From the NCBI GenBank assembly GCA_951813565.1, contig OX638351.1:5280001-5344000 (forward strand): a DNA stretch of 64,000 nucleotides, given 5' to 3'. The number at the start of each line of letters is the position of its first letter. The stretch's first letter is position 1. Of this stretch, positions 61,718 to 64,000 are shown piece by piece. Under the pieces are notes generated by a model, which searched no databases, had not been told where the DNA came from, and saw only the letters and a list, made by a program, of their open reading frames with translations. This DNA comes from an uncultured Poribacteria bacterium (GTDB taxonomy: Bacteria > Poribacteria > WGA-4E > WGA-3G). A program made the translations under genes and the position numbers.

Positions 61718-62539
61718 ATGATCGGCATATCATACCACGCAGGTGGCATGAAAGACCTTACACTACAAGAAGTAATCACAATCCTCTCCGAAGTCGGCTA
61801 CGATGCAATAGAGATGATGTGCGGACCAGAAGCACATATCCCCTCTGGCGAGGTAACGACCGACCTACTCAAAGAAGTCAAAACGATGACAACTGACCAC
61901 GGCTTAGAGGTATCTGTCATCAATCCGTTTACTGGAAAAGGCTTGTATCAACTGGCATTAGAGGACAAGCAGTCAGCGATTGATCACTATGCACTGCTTC
62001 AGGATGTGGCGGTAGCACTTGGCGCGCACGGTGTGAATTTTCTTACGGGTTATGGTGGGGACAAAGGCGATGCGTTTGCTTGGAAACTCCTTGTTGATGT
62101 GCTTAAACCGATTTGCCAACGTGCTGAGAAACTTGGGATTACGATGAATATTCACAATCACGAGGCAAATACTATCGATTCATCACCTAAAGTCACGCTT
62201 TTGATTGAACATGTGGGTTTCGACTCTCTGAAGGCACTCAACGACATCACAAACTTTTATCACTTGGGAGAAGATATTGCCGAAGTTACCGAAAAGTTAG
62301 GACATCTTACCGCACACTGCCACGTGAAAGGTGTAACAGGAATGTATCCCTACAGTACATTTCTCATTCCGGGTGAGGTAGGTGATGAGCTGGATTTCAG
62401 AACTTTTGCTGAGAGTTTGGGTAAAGTCGGATACGATAAGTATATCTCTGTGGAAACATTTCCGCACATGCGGATGGAGAAGGCACAGATTGCCTATGAT
62501 ATGATGGCAGGTATATTAAATGAATTAGGGCTAAGGTAA
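61718..62539 (+). CDS. Sugar phosphate isomerase/epimerase (AP2/xylose-isomerase-like TIM barrel)
   Basis: GYDAIE, IHNHE, DITN, HCHVKG, ISVETF. Confidence 0.88.
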   Translation: MIGISYHAGGMKDLTLQEVITILSEVGYDAIEMMCGPEAHIPSGEVTTDLLKEVKTMTTDHGLEVSVINPFTGKGLYQLALEDKQSAIDHYALLQDVAVALGAHGVNFLTGYGGDKGDAFAWKLLVDVLKPICQRAEKLGITMNIHNHEANTIDSSPKVTLLIEHVGFDSLKALNDITNFYHLGEDIAEVTEKLGHLTAHCHVKGVTGMYPYSTFLIPGEVGDELDFRTFAESLGKVGYDKYISVETFPHMRMEKAQIAYDMMAGILNELGLR

Positions 62540-62644
62540 CGAAAGTAATTATTTTACGCTGGTGCTTGGTGAGGTGAATCAACGCCAAATGCGCTTTTTG
62601 ACATTTAGCGGGGCACAGAGACCCCGCCCTACATTGAAATCAGT

Positions 62645-63442
62645 CTAATTCTGAGATTTTTCCAATGCTTTAATGCCAGGCCAATCTCGCCACATATCTT
62701 CATTAGGTGGTTCTTCTTGTGTTTCTGACAATTCCGTTTTTCTGAAATCGTATAGGACAGCCTGCCGAATCTGACGTGAATAGTTGTGTCCCGCAGCATG
62801 TCCGATGCGATGATGCCAGAAGACAATATCACCCGCATTACCGTAGCAATCAACACCCGGTTCTCTACTAAGACGTTCTCTATCAACATCGTATTGCGGT
62901 GTCGGTTCGTTCTTATATTGCGATTTGTAGTCGTAATAGAAGACTTTGTGACTTCCCGGCCAAACGGTAAACCCACCGCCCTCAGGTGGCACGTCATCAA
63001 TATAACCAACAACGCCAAGATGGAACGGATGTGCATCAACATGACACCCGCTCGACTTTTTTGGAACATCTCCATAGGGCAGTGTGCAATAAATGCCTCG
63101 CACGCGTTTGGGTACCACCAAGTTTCCCTCACCTAAAAACTGTTCCGCCATTCGCCAGACGTTCGGGTCGGTGGCAAGTAGTCTAACCATCCACTCTTCA
63201 CCCCCGGGTTCACGGTAATTCCACCGAAACCCTTTTCGCCGATTTGAATTATCTTCATTCTCTTCTTCAGGTTTGAAGGGACCGACCCATGTTTCTGGGT
63301 CTTCGCGCAGTCTACCCTCTGGTGCACCCTCCCACAACTTCGCCCGTGCGCGTTCCAAGAGTTCTGGGTTTAGCACGTTCCGCTTAATCAAATAACCGTT
63401 GTCTCTAAAAAATTCTATGTCTTCTGATGTCAGTTCAACCAT
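62645..63442 (-). CDS. Phytanoyl-CoA dioxygenase (PhyH) family protein
   Basis: FRDNGYL, HVD, GGFTVWPGSH, GDIVFWHHRIGH. Confidence 0.88.
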   Translation of the reverse strand: MVELTSEDIEFFRDNGYLIKRNVLNPELLERARAKLWEGAPEGRLREDPETWVGPFKPEEENEDNSNRRKGFRWNYREPGGEEWMVRLLATDPNVWRMAEQFLGEGNLVVPKRVRGIYCTLPYGDVPKKSSGCHVDAHPFHLGVVGYIDDVPPEGGGFTVWPGSHKVFYYDYKSQYKNEPTPQYDVDRERLSREPGVDCYGNAGDIVFWHHRIGHAAGHNYSRQIRQAVLYDFRKTELSETQEEPPNEDMWRDWPGIKALEKSQN

Positions 63443-63591
63443 AGTCTCCTCCTTGTCTAAAATTTTAACGATTTATTAAACAAAAAGCAACAGAATTTTG
63501 AAGAAACGCTTGCAAATTCCGTATTAGCGTATGTAATTTAGCATTGATTCGTTCAGACAATTGACAAAACTTTTATACATCTGCTTTACAG

Positions 63592-63836
63592 GGGTGTGTA
63601 AAGTTTTTGTAGAAATCCGCACAACTCCTATTGTAGGGGCGGGTCTCCGGGGAATGCCAAAAGGCATTCATACCCGGTGAATGACTAAAGACGAATGCGC
63701 TTTTGGCATTCGCCATGATTCATACCGTTGATTTCTTGATTTGGTGCCCCGCCACTGCACAGGATGTGCCAAGCAACGAACGGGCACAGGGACCCGCCCT
63801 TACAATAAGAATTGGACAGTTCTTGTCAAAAACTTT
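63592..63836. mobile_element. ISKra4-derived MITE containing nested palindromes; right TIR cut by IS1595
   Basis: Left end GGGTGTGTAAAGTTTTTG matches the ISKra4 TIR; right end ...CAAAAACTTT is broken by IS1595 and its missing part ACACACC lies at 22558. Confidence 0.8.
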
Positions 63837-64000
63837 CGCAATAAGTAGTTTTGGACTTGCAACAAAATTTTAAAAATCGCTCTAAATCCTTGTGTAGACT
63901 ACATTTTTCGCTTGTTTTAATTGTGAAAATATGATACAATTTAGATAAGAAATTAGAGGGCTGTTAACCCCCTAATTGAACACAAAAAAGCGAGTTGCTT
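63837..64000 (+). mobile_element. IS1595-family IS copy 3, left end (cut by window end)
   Basis: Matches 20161-20324. Confidence 0.93.

Noticed and set aside
1..64000. tRNA/rRNA genes, prophage or integrase
   Set aside because: None recognisable by eye; tRNAscan-SE or Infernal would be needed to exclude small RNAs

Overview
Bacterial chromosomal window of roughly 42% GC. The gene content (dockerin-like plus 'NYPNPFNPETWIPY' C-terminal sorting domains, several PhyH dioxygenases, sulfatases, LRR proteins) suggests Candidatus Poribacteria or a relative; this is an inference. The left third holds housekeeping and accessory genes (purH, argJ, Fe-ADH, ABC ATPase, amidohydrolase, PL10 pectate lyase) interspersed with ISKra4, IS1595 and IS5 elements and many miniature inverted-repeat elements. 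A co-directional minus-strand block of about 30 kb (28030-57517) starts with the Hen1/Pnkp RNA-repair pair. It continues into a Wzy-type surface polysaccharide locus with four sulfotransferases, a clan GH-A glycosidase, two Tat-exported sulfatases and several adhesin-like proteins, a candidate system for building and editing a sulfated, glycosaminoglycan-like capsule. An IS200/IS605 tnpB element lies between a consensus sigma70 promoter and hen1. A separate 389-bp tnpB-less element keeps an omegaRNA-like right end. The segment 22550-63836 is bracketed by direct IS1595 copies whose 8-bp target duplication faces inward, which suggests it was once circular.
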